A stretch of DNA of 64,000 bases from Candidatus Eiseniibacteriota bacterium (GTDB lineage Bacteria; Eisenbacteria; RBG-16-71-46): positions 544,001-608,000 of the forward strand of contig CAVZLN010000003.1 of assembly GCA_963776245.1 (NCBI GenBank). Direction: 5' to 3'. The position numbers were made by a program, and so were the translations under genes. The notes beneath the pieces were generated by a model that worked only from the letters and a program-made list of their open reading frames with translations, searched no databases and was not told the DNA's origin. How positions within the stretch are numbered: the stretch's first letter is position 1; the number at the start of each line of letters is the position of its first letter. This document shows, in pieces, positions 1 to 8,022 of this stretch.

Positions 1-1
1 C

Positions 2-334
2 CAGAAGCTGGTGCGCCGCGTGCCGGCGACCGAGCACGTGGTGCGTTACGCGGTGCGGCTGGCGCGCGCCACGCGCGGCGGCGACGCGGCGCCCGATTTC
101 GTGCGCCAGTGGGTCTCGTGGGGCGCCGGACCGCGCGCCTCCCAGTACCTGGTGCTCGGCGCCAAGACCCGCGCCGTGCTCCACGGACGCTACGCGCCCG
201 GCATCGAGGACGTGCGCGCGGTCGCGCTGTCGGTGCTCCGCCACCGCATCGTGACCAATTTCACCGCCGAGGCCGAGGGCGTGCGCCCCGAGCGCATCGT
301 CGAGGAGCTGCTGAAGCGCGTGCCGTCGGAGTAG
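2..334 (+). CDS. MoxR-family AAA+ ATPase, C-terminal part (5'-truncated by the window)
   Basis: WGAGPRASQYL...VLRHRIVTNF.AEAEG is the typical MoxR lid domain; DUF58 and BatA genes follow. Confidence 0.9.
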   Translation, partial: QKLVRRVPATEHVVRYAVRLARATRGGDAAPDFVRQWVSWGAGPRASQYLVLGAKTRAVLHGRYAPGIEDVRAVALSVLRHRIVTNFTAEAEGVRPERIVEELLKRVPSE

Positions 335-372
335 GCGGCGCCCCACAGCGCGCCCGCGCGCCGGAGGAGACC

Positions 373-1776
373 ATGCCCCACGCCGCGCCACCATCCCGCG
401 TCGTCATCCTGCACCGCCGCATCGGCCTCTATGCCGCCACCGCCATCACGGTGGGCAACATCATCGGCTCGGGCATCTTCCGTTCGCCGCATTCCGTGGC
501 GCGGGAGCTCACCTCGTTCCCGCTCGTCCTGCTGGCGTGGATCGTGGGCGGCCTGCTCTCGATCTGCGGCTCGCTGGTGCTGGCCGAGCTGGCGGTGGCC
601 CACCCGCGGACCGGCGGGCTCTACGTGTTCATCCGCGAGGCGTTCGGCGACGCGTGGGGATTCGTATTCGGATGGGCGAACCTGTGGGTGATCAAGCCCA
701 CCGTCATCGCCTCGATCACGAGCGTGTTCGCGCTCTACCTGTGCCAGGTGATGGGGTGGCCGAAGAGCGCGGAGTTCGGCGCCGGAGCCGCGGCCATCCT
801 GGTGCTCACGTTCGTGAATTGGCTCGGCGTCCGGGAGGGCGCGCGCACCCAGTCGTGGCTCACCACCGCCAAGGTGGCCGGCATCCTCGGGCTGTGCGCC
901 GCGGCGCTCCTGCTGCCCGCGAGTCCCGCTGCCTCGCCCATGCCGGTCGCGGCGGCGGCGAGCTCCAAGCCGCTGCTGGTCGGGTTCTTCGTCGCCATGG
1001 TGGCGATCCTGTTCGCCTATGACGGCTGGACCGACTCCACCTACGTCGCCGGCGAGGTGCGCGACCCGAAGCGGGTGATGCCGGTCGCCATCGTCTGGGG
1101 CACCTGGCTGGTGATCGCGGTCTACGTGCTCACCAACGTCGCCTACTTCCACGTGCTGGGCGCGAAGGGCGTGGCGGCTTACGAGGCCGTGGGCTCCGAG
1201 ACCATGCGGCGGCTGGCCGGCGAGTGGGGGGCGCGCGCGCTCGCGGTGCTGGTCGCGATCTCCACCTTCGGCACCACCAATGGCGCCATCCTCACCGGCC
1301 CGCGCGTCACCCAGGCGATGGCGGCCGACGGCCTGCTCTGGAAGCCGCTCGCCGCCCTCGATCCGAAGCGCGAAACGCCCACCCTCGCGCTCGTGGTGCA
1401 GGCCGTGCTCGCGTGCGCCTGGCTCAGGGTCGCGAACGGGTTCGACGATGTCTCGGGCTGGTTCGTCACCACCTCGTGGCTGTTCTACGGGCTGACCACC
1501 GCGGCGATCTTCGTGCAGCGGCGCCGCGAGGCGCGCGGACAGGTCGAGGCGCCGGCGTACCGCGCGCTGCTGTTCCCGTTCACGCCGGTGGTGTTCATCC
1601 TCGTCACCGTGGTCATCATCTGGAGCGATTTCAGCTCGAGCACCCCGCTCGCCATCGCCGGCGTCGGCGGTCCGCTCGCGTCGCTGCTCGGGCTGGTGCC
1701 GCGCGCCGGTCTGGGCGCGCTCGTCGCCGCGCTCGGGTTCCCGGTCTACTGGCTCTGGAAGGGCCGGCGCGGATGA
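373..1776 (+). CDS. APC-superfamily amino acid permease (LAT/SteT-like)
   Basis: GNIIGSGIF, ELAVAHPRTGG.Y, FAYDGW, AGEVRDP motifs; about 12 hydrophobic segments; GGAGGAG RBS before ATG 373. Confidence 0.92.
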   Translation: MPHAAPPSRVVILHRRIGLYAATAITVGNIIGSGIFRSPHSVARELTSFPLVLLAWIVGGLLSICGSLVLAELAVAHPRTGGLYVFIREAFGDAWGFVFGWANLWVIKPTVIASITSVFALYLCQVMGWPKSAEFGAGAAAILVLTFVNWLGVREGARTQSWLTTAKVAGILGLCAAALLLPASPAASPMPVAAAASSKPLLVGFFVAMVAILFAYDGWTDSTYVAGEVRDPKRVMPVAIVWGTWLVIAVYVLTNVAYFHVLGAKGVAAYEAVGSETMRRLAGEWGARALAVLVAISTFGTTNGAILTGPRVTQAMAADGLLWKPLAALDPKRETPTLALVVQAVLACAWLRVANGFDDVSGWFVTTSWLFYGLTTAAIFVQRRREARGQVEAPAYRALLFPFTPVVFILVTVVIIWSDFSSSTPLAIAGVGGPLASLLGLVPRAGLGALVAALGFPVYWLWKGRRG

Positions 1777-2696
1777 GCGCCGAGCCCCGCTCCTCCGCCG
1801 GCGAGGGCCGCCGGTTCCTCGACCCCGCGGTGGTCGCGCGACTCGCCCACCTCGACGTGCGCGCGCGCCTGGTGGTCGAGGGCTTCATCGCCGGCATGCA
1901 TCGTTCCCCGTTCCATGGCTTCAGCGTGGAGTTCGCGGAGCACCGGCCCTACATGCCCGGCGACCCGCTCAAGAACCTCGACTGGAAGGTGTGGGCGCGC
2001 AGCGACCGCTACCTGGTGAAGCAGTACACCGAAGAGACCAACCTGCGCTGCCACCTGCTGGTGGACCTCTCGGGCTCGATGGGGTTCCGCTCCGAGCGCG
2101 CGGCGATGGGCAAGCTCGAATACGCCCGCTCGCTGGCGGCGGCGCTCGCGTACCTCATGCTCCAGCAGCAGGACGCGGTGGGCGCCCTGTTGTTCGCCGA
2201 GCGCCCGCTGCGCTACGTGCCCGCGCGCGCGGTGCGCTCGCATCTCGACGTGCTGCTGGGCGTGCTGGGCGAGGCCCAGCCGCAGGGACGCACGCGCCTC
2301 GGGCCGGTGCTGCACGAGCTCGCCGAGCGCATCAAGCGCCGCGGGCTGGTGGTGCTGCTCTCCGACCTCATGGACCAGCCGTCCGAGGTGATGTCGGGGC
2401 TCCAGCACTTCCGTCACCGCCACCACGAGGTGGTGGTGTTCCACATCCTCGACCCCGACGAGGTGGACTTCCCCTACGCCGACACCGCGACCTTCGTGGA
2501 CATGGAGACCGGCGAGCGGATCACCACCGAGCCGTGGGAGATCGCGCGTCGCTATCGTGAGCGTCTCGCGGCGTGGACCGGCCATTACCAGCGCCAGTGC
2601 CGCGAACAGCGCATCGACTACGTGCGTCTCGACACGCGCACGCCCTTCGACCGGGCGCTGCTCGCCTACCTCGAGAAGCGCGCGAGGCTGCTGTGA
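1773..2696 (+). CDS. DUF58 domain (vWA-like) MoxR partner protein
   Basis: GMHRSPFHGFSVEFAEHRPY.PGD...DWKV, EETNL, DLSGSM, LLSD; ATGA overlap with the permease stop. Confidence 0.93.
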   Translation: MSAEPRSSAGEGRRFLDPAVVARLAHLDVRARLVVEGFIAGMHRSPFHGFSVEFAEHRPYMPGDPLKNLDWKVWARSDRYLVKQYTEETNLRCHLLVDLSGSMGFRSERAAMGKLEYARSLAAALAYLMLQQQDAVGALLFAERPLRYVPARAVRSHLDVLLGVLGEAQPQGRTRLGPVLHELAERIKRRGLVVLLSDLMDQPSEVMSGLQHFRHRHHEVVVFHILDPDEVDFPYADTATFVDMETGERITTEPWEIARRYRERLAAWTGHYQRQCREQRIDYVRLDTRTPFDRALLAYLEKRARLL

Positions 2697-3322
2697 TCCT
2701 GCGTCTGTCCGCCGCGCTCGCGCTGGCCGCCGGGCTGGTGACGCTGATGGCGTTCCTCCACCTCATCGGCCGGGGGCCGTTCGCGAGCGAGGCGGCGCGC
2801 CACCTGCGCGCGATGAAGGACCGCGCCACCGTGCCCAGCACCGCGCAGGCGGTGACCCTGGCGTGGATGCGCACCTTGCCGCACGGGCGGCCGCCCGCCG
2901 AGACCGCCCCGTTCGAGAGCCGCGGCGTGAGCCTCGAGGGCTACGTGCAGCGCATCCTGTGGTCGAGCGACGGCGACACCCATCTCGAGATCGCGCCCGA
3001 GCCGCCGCCCGCGGACAGCGCGACGCGATACGTGACCGCCGAGATCACGCGCCGCTTCCGGGAGCGGCATCCGGGCTGGGGCTACGGAGCGCTGGCGGCC
3101 ACGCTGCGGCCCAATCTCGGCAGCGGGCGGCCGTGGCCCGGCGGTCCGCGGCGGGCGCGGGTCACCGGCTGGCTGTTCTACGATCTCCAGTACGACGCGC
3201 CGGTCCCCGACTCGATGCTCGACCGGGGCGCGCCGCGGGTGACCGGGTGGGAGATCCATCCGGTGACACGCCTCGAGGTGTGGGATGACACGCGGGGCGC
3301 GTGGGCCGAGGTCGGCCCGTGA
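2693..3322 (+). CDS. Membrane-anchored/exported hypothetical protein, possible OB-fold (DGDxH...WEIHPV)
   Basis: GTGA overlaps with both neighbours; N-terminal hydrophobic helix; SLEGYV...DGDTHLEI...RVTGWLFYD...WEIHPV. Confidence 0.7.
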   Translation: MILRLSAALALAAGLVTLMAFLHLIGRGPFASEAARHLRAMKDRATVPSTAQAVTLAWMRTLPHGRPPAETAPFESRGVSLEGYVQRILWSSDGDTHLEIAPEPPPADSATRYVTAEITRRFRERHPGWGYGALAATLRPNLGSGRPWPGGPRRARVTGWLFYDLQYDAPVPDSMLDRGAPRVTGWEIHPVTRLEVWDDTRGAWAEVGP

Positions 3323-5361
3323 GCTTCCTGAACCCGCTGTTCCTGTTCGGTCTGCTCGCGGCGGCCATCCCGGTGCTCATCCATTTGTTCACGCGCCGCC
3401 GCCCGCGCGAGGTGAGGTTCCCCTCGCTGGCGTTCCTCACCGAGGTGAACCAGAGCGAGATCCGCCGTCTGCGGATCAAGCAGTGGCTGTTGCTGCTGCT
3501 CCGGACGCTCGCGGTGGCCTGCATCGCCCTCGCGATGGCGCGCCCCGCGCTGCGCGGCGGCGCGAGCGGCCACGGAGGCGCCGCCTCGACCGTGGTGGTG
3601 CTGCTCGACGACAGCGGCAGCATGGGCGCGTTCGGCACCCGCGGCGCCACGCTGCTGGACGAGGCGAAGCGCGTCGCCGAGGACCTGTTCGCCACGCTCG
3701 GCCCCGCCGACGAGCTGCTGCTGGTGCCGTACGACGACGCCCCGCGGCCCGCCACCGCGGCCCCGTCCTCCGATCTGGCGCGGCTGCGCGGCGCGCTCCA
3801 GGCCCTGACCCCCACCGCGCGGCGCACCGATCACGCGCGCGCGCTCGAGCTCGCCGCGCGCACGCTCGGCGCCTCGCACGCGCTCAATCGCGAGCTGTTC
3901 TGGGTCTCCGACTTCCAGCGCGCCGGTTTCGGGGAGCGCGCCGTCATGGCTCCGGCCGGACCCTGGGAACGCGCGCGCGTGTACCTGCTGCCGCTCTCGC
4001 CGCGCACCCGGGCCAACGCGGCGCTGGCCGACGTCGCGCTCGCGCCCGGCGCCGATGGCGCGGCACTCGCGGTGAGCGCGGCGTCGTTCGGCGCGGTCGC
4101 GGGCGATCGCGTGGTGGCGGTGGACGGACCCGCCGGCGAGGGCGAGCTCGGACGCGGCTTCGTCTCGCTGCCCGAACGCGGCGAGGCCTCGGCGCTGCTC
4201 CCGCTGGCGCGGAGTCCGGAACTCGGCGGCGTGGCGCGGCTGGCCGGGGACGTGCTGCCGCTCGACGACAGCCGCTGGTTCGCCGCCGGCCGCGGGGGGA
4301 CCTTGCGCGTCCTGATGCGCGAGGACGCGGGCCCGTCGCCGCTGAGGCTCGCGCTCGAGGCCGGTTCGCCCGCCTCGGGGCTGGAGGTGGAGGCGGTGGA
4401 CGCCGCCGGGCTCGCCGCGCGCGCCGCCGGTGCCGACGTCATCGTGGTGAACGACGTCGAACGTCCCGGCCCGCTCGAGACCCAGGCGCTGCTCGACCAC
4501 TGGCGCGGCGGCGGGGCGCTGCTGCTGGTGCTCGGTGACCGCGCGGACGCGGCGTTCTGGAACGCCACCGTGCTGCGCGAGATGGGCGTGGGCGCGCTCG
4601 GCGCGGTCGAGCACGCGGCGCCCGGCGCGGCGTGGCGCCTGACGCGGGCGACCGCGGGCCACGCGGCGCTGGCGGGATTCGCGACGCGCCCCGGAGAGCC
4701 GCTCTCGACCGCGCGCTTCGAGCGCGTGCGCGCCTTCCGCGCCGCGGCCGGAGCGCGCACGCTGCTCGAATACGACCGCGCCCATCCGGCGCTGATCGAG
4801 GGGCCGCACGCGCTGGTGTTCGCCGGCTCGCTGGCGCCCGAGGCCTCGGACCTGCCGGTGAGCGGCGCGTTCCTGCCGCTGTTCCACCAGGCGGTGCGCG
4901 TGCTCGGTCGCGGGACCGCGGCCGCTTCGCTGCTGCCGGGCGAGCGCTGGAGCGCGCCCGCCACGACCGGCGCGTGGCGCATCGAGGCCGGCGATGGCGC
5001 GGAGCTGCCCTCCACGCTCGCCGCCGGCGGCGGCGCCACGCGGCTCACCTCGGTGCCGCTCGAGCGCCCCGGCCTCTATCGGGTGCTCCAGGACGGCCGC
5101 GTGCGGGCCACGTTCGCGGTCAATCCCGACCTGCGGGAGTCCGATCTCGCCCCGATCCCGGAGGACGCGCTGGCGCGGGCGTTCCCGCCGGGGCGCGCGC
5201 GGGTGCTGCGCCCCGGTGGCGACCTGGCGCGGCGCGTGCGAGAGGCGCGCTTCGGCCGCGAGCTGTGGAGCGCGTTCGTGGTCGCGGCGCTCGCGCTGCT
5301 GGTGCTCGAGACCGTGATCGCCCGCTGGGGCATGCCGGCCGGCGCCGGCCGGCGCGCCTGA
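3319..5361 (+). CDS. BatA N-terminal + vWA domain membrane protein
   Basis: SFLNPLFLFGLLAAAIPVLIHL (BatA), MARP, DDSGSM (MIDAS), AVNPD..ESDL, C-terminal TM RELW...LETVI. Confidence 0.9.
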   Translation: MSFLNPLFLFGLLAAAIPVLIHLFTRRRPREVRFPSLAFLTEVNQSEIRRLRIKQWLLLLLRTLAVACIALAMARPALRGGASGHGGAASTVVVLLDDSGSMGAFGTRGATLLDEAKRVAEDLFATLGPADELLLVPYDDAPRPATAAPSSDLARLRGALQALTPTARRTDHARALELAARTLGASHALNRELFWVSDFQRAGFGERAVMAPAGPWERARVYLLPLSPRTRANAALADVALAPGADGAALAVSAASFGAVAGDRVVAVDGPAGEGELGRGFVSLPERGEASALLPLARSPELGGVARLAGDVLPLDDSRWFAAGRGGTLRVLMREDAGPSPLRLALEAGSPASGLEVEAVDAAGLAARAAGADVIVVNDVERPGPLETQALLDHWRGGGALLLVLGDRADAAFWNATVLREMGVGALGAVEHAAPGAAWRLTRATAGHAALAGFATRPGEPLSTARFERVRAFRAAAGARTLLEYDRAHPALIEGPHALVFAGSLAPEASDLPVSGAFLPLFHQAVRVLGRGTAAASLLPGERWSAPATTGAWRIEAGDGAELPSTLAAGGGATRLTSVPLERPGLYRVLQDGRVRATFAVNPDLRESDLAPIPEDALARAFPPGRARVLRPGGDLARRVREARFGRELWSAFVVAALALLVLETVIARWGMPAGAGRRA

Positions 5362-5362
5362 C

Positions 5363-6271
5363 GTGCGGGTCCCCCCGCGCCTCGGCGCGCTGTTCGCCAT
5401 CGTGCTGTGGGGGCTCTCGTTCGTCGCCACCAAGGCGGCCCTGCGAGAGATCTCCCCGGTCACCCTCATCTTCTCGCGCTTCGCGCTCGGCAACGCGCTG
5501 CTGCTGTCGCTGGTGGCCGTGCGCCGGCAGTCGCTGGCGCTCGCGCCGGCCGACTGGGCGCGGCTCGCGCTGGCGGGGTTCATCGGCGTGTTCGTGCACC
5601 AGCTGCTCCAGTCCTTCGCCCTCACCATGACCACCGCCGTGCGCACCGGCTGGCTCATCGGCCTCACCCCCATCTGGTCGGCCGTGCTCGCCGCGCTGTT
5701 CCTGCGCGAGCGCTTCGGCGCCGCGAAGGTCGGCGGGCTGGTGCTGGGCTTCGCCGGCGCCCTGCTGGTGGTGACGCGCGGCGCGATCGGGCCCGGCCTG
5801 CTGGCGCTGCCCGCCACCCGCGGCGACCTGCTGATCCTCGCCAGCACGCTCAACTGGGCGATCTACACCGCGCTCGGCCGCGGGGTGATCGCCCGTCTCG
5901 GCAGCCTGCGCGCGACCGCGGGCGCGACCCTGCTCGGCTGGCTGATGCTGGGACCGCTGTTCGTGTGGCAGGGCGGCTGGCGCGAGTACGCGGCGCTGAC
6001 CTCCACCGGAGTGGGCGCGCTGCTGTTCCTCGGGCTCGGCTGCTCGGGGCTGGCCTACCTGATGTGGTACGGCGCGCTCGAGCGGATCGAGACTTCGCGC
6101 GTGGCCGCGTTCCTGTATCTCGAGCCGCTCGTCACCTTCGTCGCCGCGGTCGCGTGGCTGGGCGAGGAGGTCGGGTGGATGACGGTGATCGGCGGGCTGC
6201 TGGTGCTCGGCGGCGTGGCGCTGGTGCAGCGCGCGCCCGTGACCGCGCCCGCGATGGAGGGTGGAGGATGA
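5363..6271 (+). CDS. EamA/DMT-family transporter
   Basis: LWGLSFVATK, two EamA repeats, YLEPLV...LGE. Confidence 0.9.
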   Translation: MRVPPRLGALFAIVLWGLSFVATKAALREISPVTLIFSRFALGNALLLSLVAVRRQSLALAPADWARLALAGFIGVFVHQLLQSFALTMTTAVRTGWLIGLTPIWSAVLAALFLRERFGAAKVGGLVLGFAGALLVVTRGAIGPGLLALPATRGDLLILASTLNWAIYTALGRGVIARLGSLRATAGATLLGWLMLGPLFVWQGGWREYAALTSTGVGALLFLGLGCSGLAYLMWYGALERIETSRVAAFLYLEPLVTFVAAVAWLGEEVGWMTVIGGLLVLGGVALVQRAPVTAPAMEGGG

Positions 6272-6594
6272 CGGAGTCCGCGCCGGATCCGCGCGTCGAG
6301 TCGCTGGCCTCCCTGGTGACGTACCAGGCGGGCGCGGTGGTGAGCCGGCAACTGATGAAGCAGCCGGCCGGCAATGTGACGCTGTTCGCGTTCGCGGAGG
6401 GCGAAGGATTGAGCGAGCACACCGCGCCGTTCGATGCGCTGGTGGTGGTGACCGACGGTGTCGCGTCGGTCACCATCGACGGTGCGCCGTACACGGTGCG
6501 CGCGGGGGAGGCGCTGCGGCTGCCCGCCCATCGACCGCACGCCCTGCAGGCGGTCGAGCGCTTCACCATGCTGCTGGTGATGATCCGCGCCTGA
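6268..6594 (+). CDS. Cupin domain protein
   Basis: VTLFAFAEGEGLSEHTAPFDA...PAHRPHAL; ATGA overlap and GGAGG RBS. Confidence 0.9.
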   Translation: MTESAPDPRVESLASLVTYQAGAVVSRQLMKQPAGNVTLFAFAEGEGLSEHTAPFDALVVVTDGVASVTIDGAPYTVRAGEALRLPAHRPHALQAVERFTMLLVMIRA

Positions 6595-6670
6595 AGCGTC
6601 CCCGGGGCGCGGCGCGCCGCCGCGCTGCCGCGCGACGGCCGGTGGCGCGCGCCGGCTCCCGCGCTCCCGC

Positions 6671-6703
6671 ACGAAGGCCCCGGATCCTCGCGGATCCGGG
6701 GCC
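6671..6703 (-). terminator. Intrinsic terminator-like hairpin between the convergent cupin and ompA genes
   Basis: 12-bp perfect stem GGCCCCGGATCC/GGATCCGGGGCC, GCGA tetraloop on the minus strand, followed by TTCGT. Confidence 0.7.
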
Positions 6704-6728
6704 CGGTGCGTCCGTGTGGCGGTCGCGG

Positions 6729-7553
6729 CTACTGGTGCTCGACCTGCATGCCCTTGGGCAGCGCGTCGGGATTCACCACCTTCAGCACGACGCGGCGGTT
6801 CTTGGCCCAGTCCTCGGCGCCCTTCTCGGGGGAGACGGCCAGCTGCGACTCGCCGTAGCCCTTCGCGGTCAGGTCCCCGGGGCTCACCTTGAAGTGGTCG
6901 ACCAGGTACTTGCGCACCGACTCCGCGCGCGCCTGGCTCAGCTTCAGATTGTACGCGGCGGTGCCGCGCGAATCGCTGTGTCCCTGGATCTCGTAGGCCA
7001 CGCCCGACAGCTTCTCGAGCGCCGCGCCCACCTCGTCGAGGCGGGTCTCGGACTCGGGCTTGAGCTGCGCGCTGTTGGTCTCGAAGTAGACGTCACGCAG
7101 CACCAGGTTGCCGGAGAACAGCGCCTGCTCGGTCGGAGTCTGGACCGGGGGCGCCGGCGGAGGCGGCGGCGGCTCGGGCGCCACCGGCGTGGGCGCCGGG
7201 GCCGGCGGAGGCGGCGGCGTGGCGCGCGCCATCTTCTGCTCGGCCGAGCATCCCTGCTTGTCCACCTTCACGCCCTTCGGCGTGTCCGGGCACTGGTCCA
7301 CGCCATCGCACACGCCGTCGCCGTCGGAGTCGACCGAGCAGCCCCACTCGTCGACGACGCAGCCCTTGGGCGTGCTCACGCAGTTGTCGTAACGGTCCAG
7401 GACGTTGTCGCCGTCCACGTCCACGGCTGGCCAGCCGAAGCAGGAGCATGAGGCGTTCGCCTCCTCCTTCGTCATCTTCTTCGTCGAGGCGTGCGCCATG
7501 GCGGCGCATGCGACCACCAGCACGAGGGCGGCGAATAGAGTCAGTCTCTTCAT
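6729..7553 (-). CDS. OmpA-C (peptidoglycan-binding) protein with thrombospondin type-3-like repeats and no beta-barrel
   Basis: Signal peptide MKRLTLF...AHA; DxDGDxVxDxxDxC repeats; Pro-rich linker; VYFETNS...GHSD...YNLKLSQARA...GYGE...NRRV. Confidence 0.9.
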   Translation of the reverse strand: MKRLTLFAALVLVVACAAMAHASTKKMTKEEANASCSCFGWPAVDVDGDNVLDRYDNCVSTPKGCVVDEWGCSVDSDGDGVCDGVDQCPDTPKGVKVDKQGCSAEQKMARATPPPPPAPAPTPVAPEPPPPPPAPPVQTPTEQALFSGNLVLRDVYFETNSAQLKPESETRLDEVGAALEKLSGVAYEIQGHSDSRGTAAYNLKLSQARAESVRKYLVDHFKVSPGDLTAKGYGESQLAVSPEKGAEDWAKNRRVVLKVVNPDALPKGMQVEHQ

Positions 7554-7631
7554 GGGGTCCCTTCTTCGTCGCGGGTTGACCAGGCGCGCGACCACCGGGT
7601 CTGGTCCCTGTCCCGGTCCGGCCCGCGCATA

Positions 7632-7660
7632 GACGGAGCCATATATAGTAAGAATCCGTC
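7632..7660 (-). promoter_or_regulatory. AT-rich putative ompA promoter (-10 TACTAT/TATATA) flanked by the inverted repeat GACGGA-N17-TCCGTC
   Basis: Strikingly AT-rich patch for this window (ccatatatagtaagaa), about 85 nt upstream of the ompA start. Confidence 0.45.
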
Positions 7661-7913
7661 GTTTTGGGTAGTGGGGTTTGCGCGAGCGACCACCCGCTCA
7701 CCCCGGCGGCGAGTCGAGACCCGCCTGTATCCGCAATCACTTAGCCGCTTTTGGGCGCCGATCCCGGGGCCGGCGAGCGGGACGTCCGGCGGCGCCGCGA
7801 AACGCGAGGTCCCCGTCGCGGTGCTCCGTCCGCGCCCGGGAGCCCGCGCGGCGGCCGGGCCGCGACCGCGACCGGCCGCGCGTCGCCGCGGATTGGGGCG
7901 TGGGGGAACGCTC

Positions 7914-7922
7914 TGCTAATGT
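7914..7922 (+). promoter_or_regulatory. Extended -10 (TGcTAATGT), candidate mfd promoter
   Basis: TGnTAnnnT about 100 nt upstream of the mfd ATG. Confidence 0.45.
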
Positions 7923-8022
7923 CCGTCGGCCTCGCCCGCGACGCGGGGCATCGCATCACCGTCGGGGCCCGGCCCGCGACGGCTTTTCGCGTTTCGCGCC
8001 GCGTCCACGTCCCCACGGAGCC

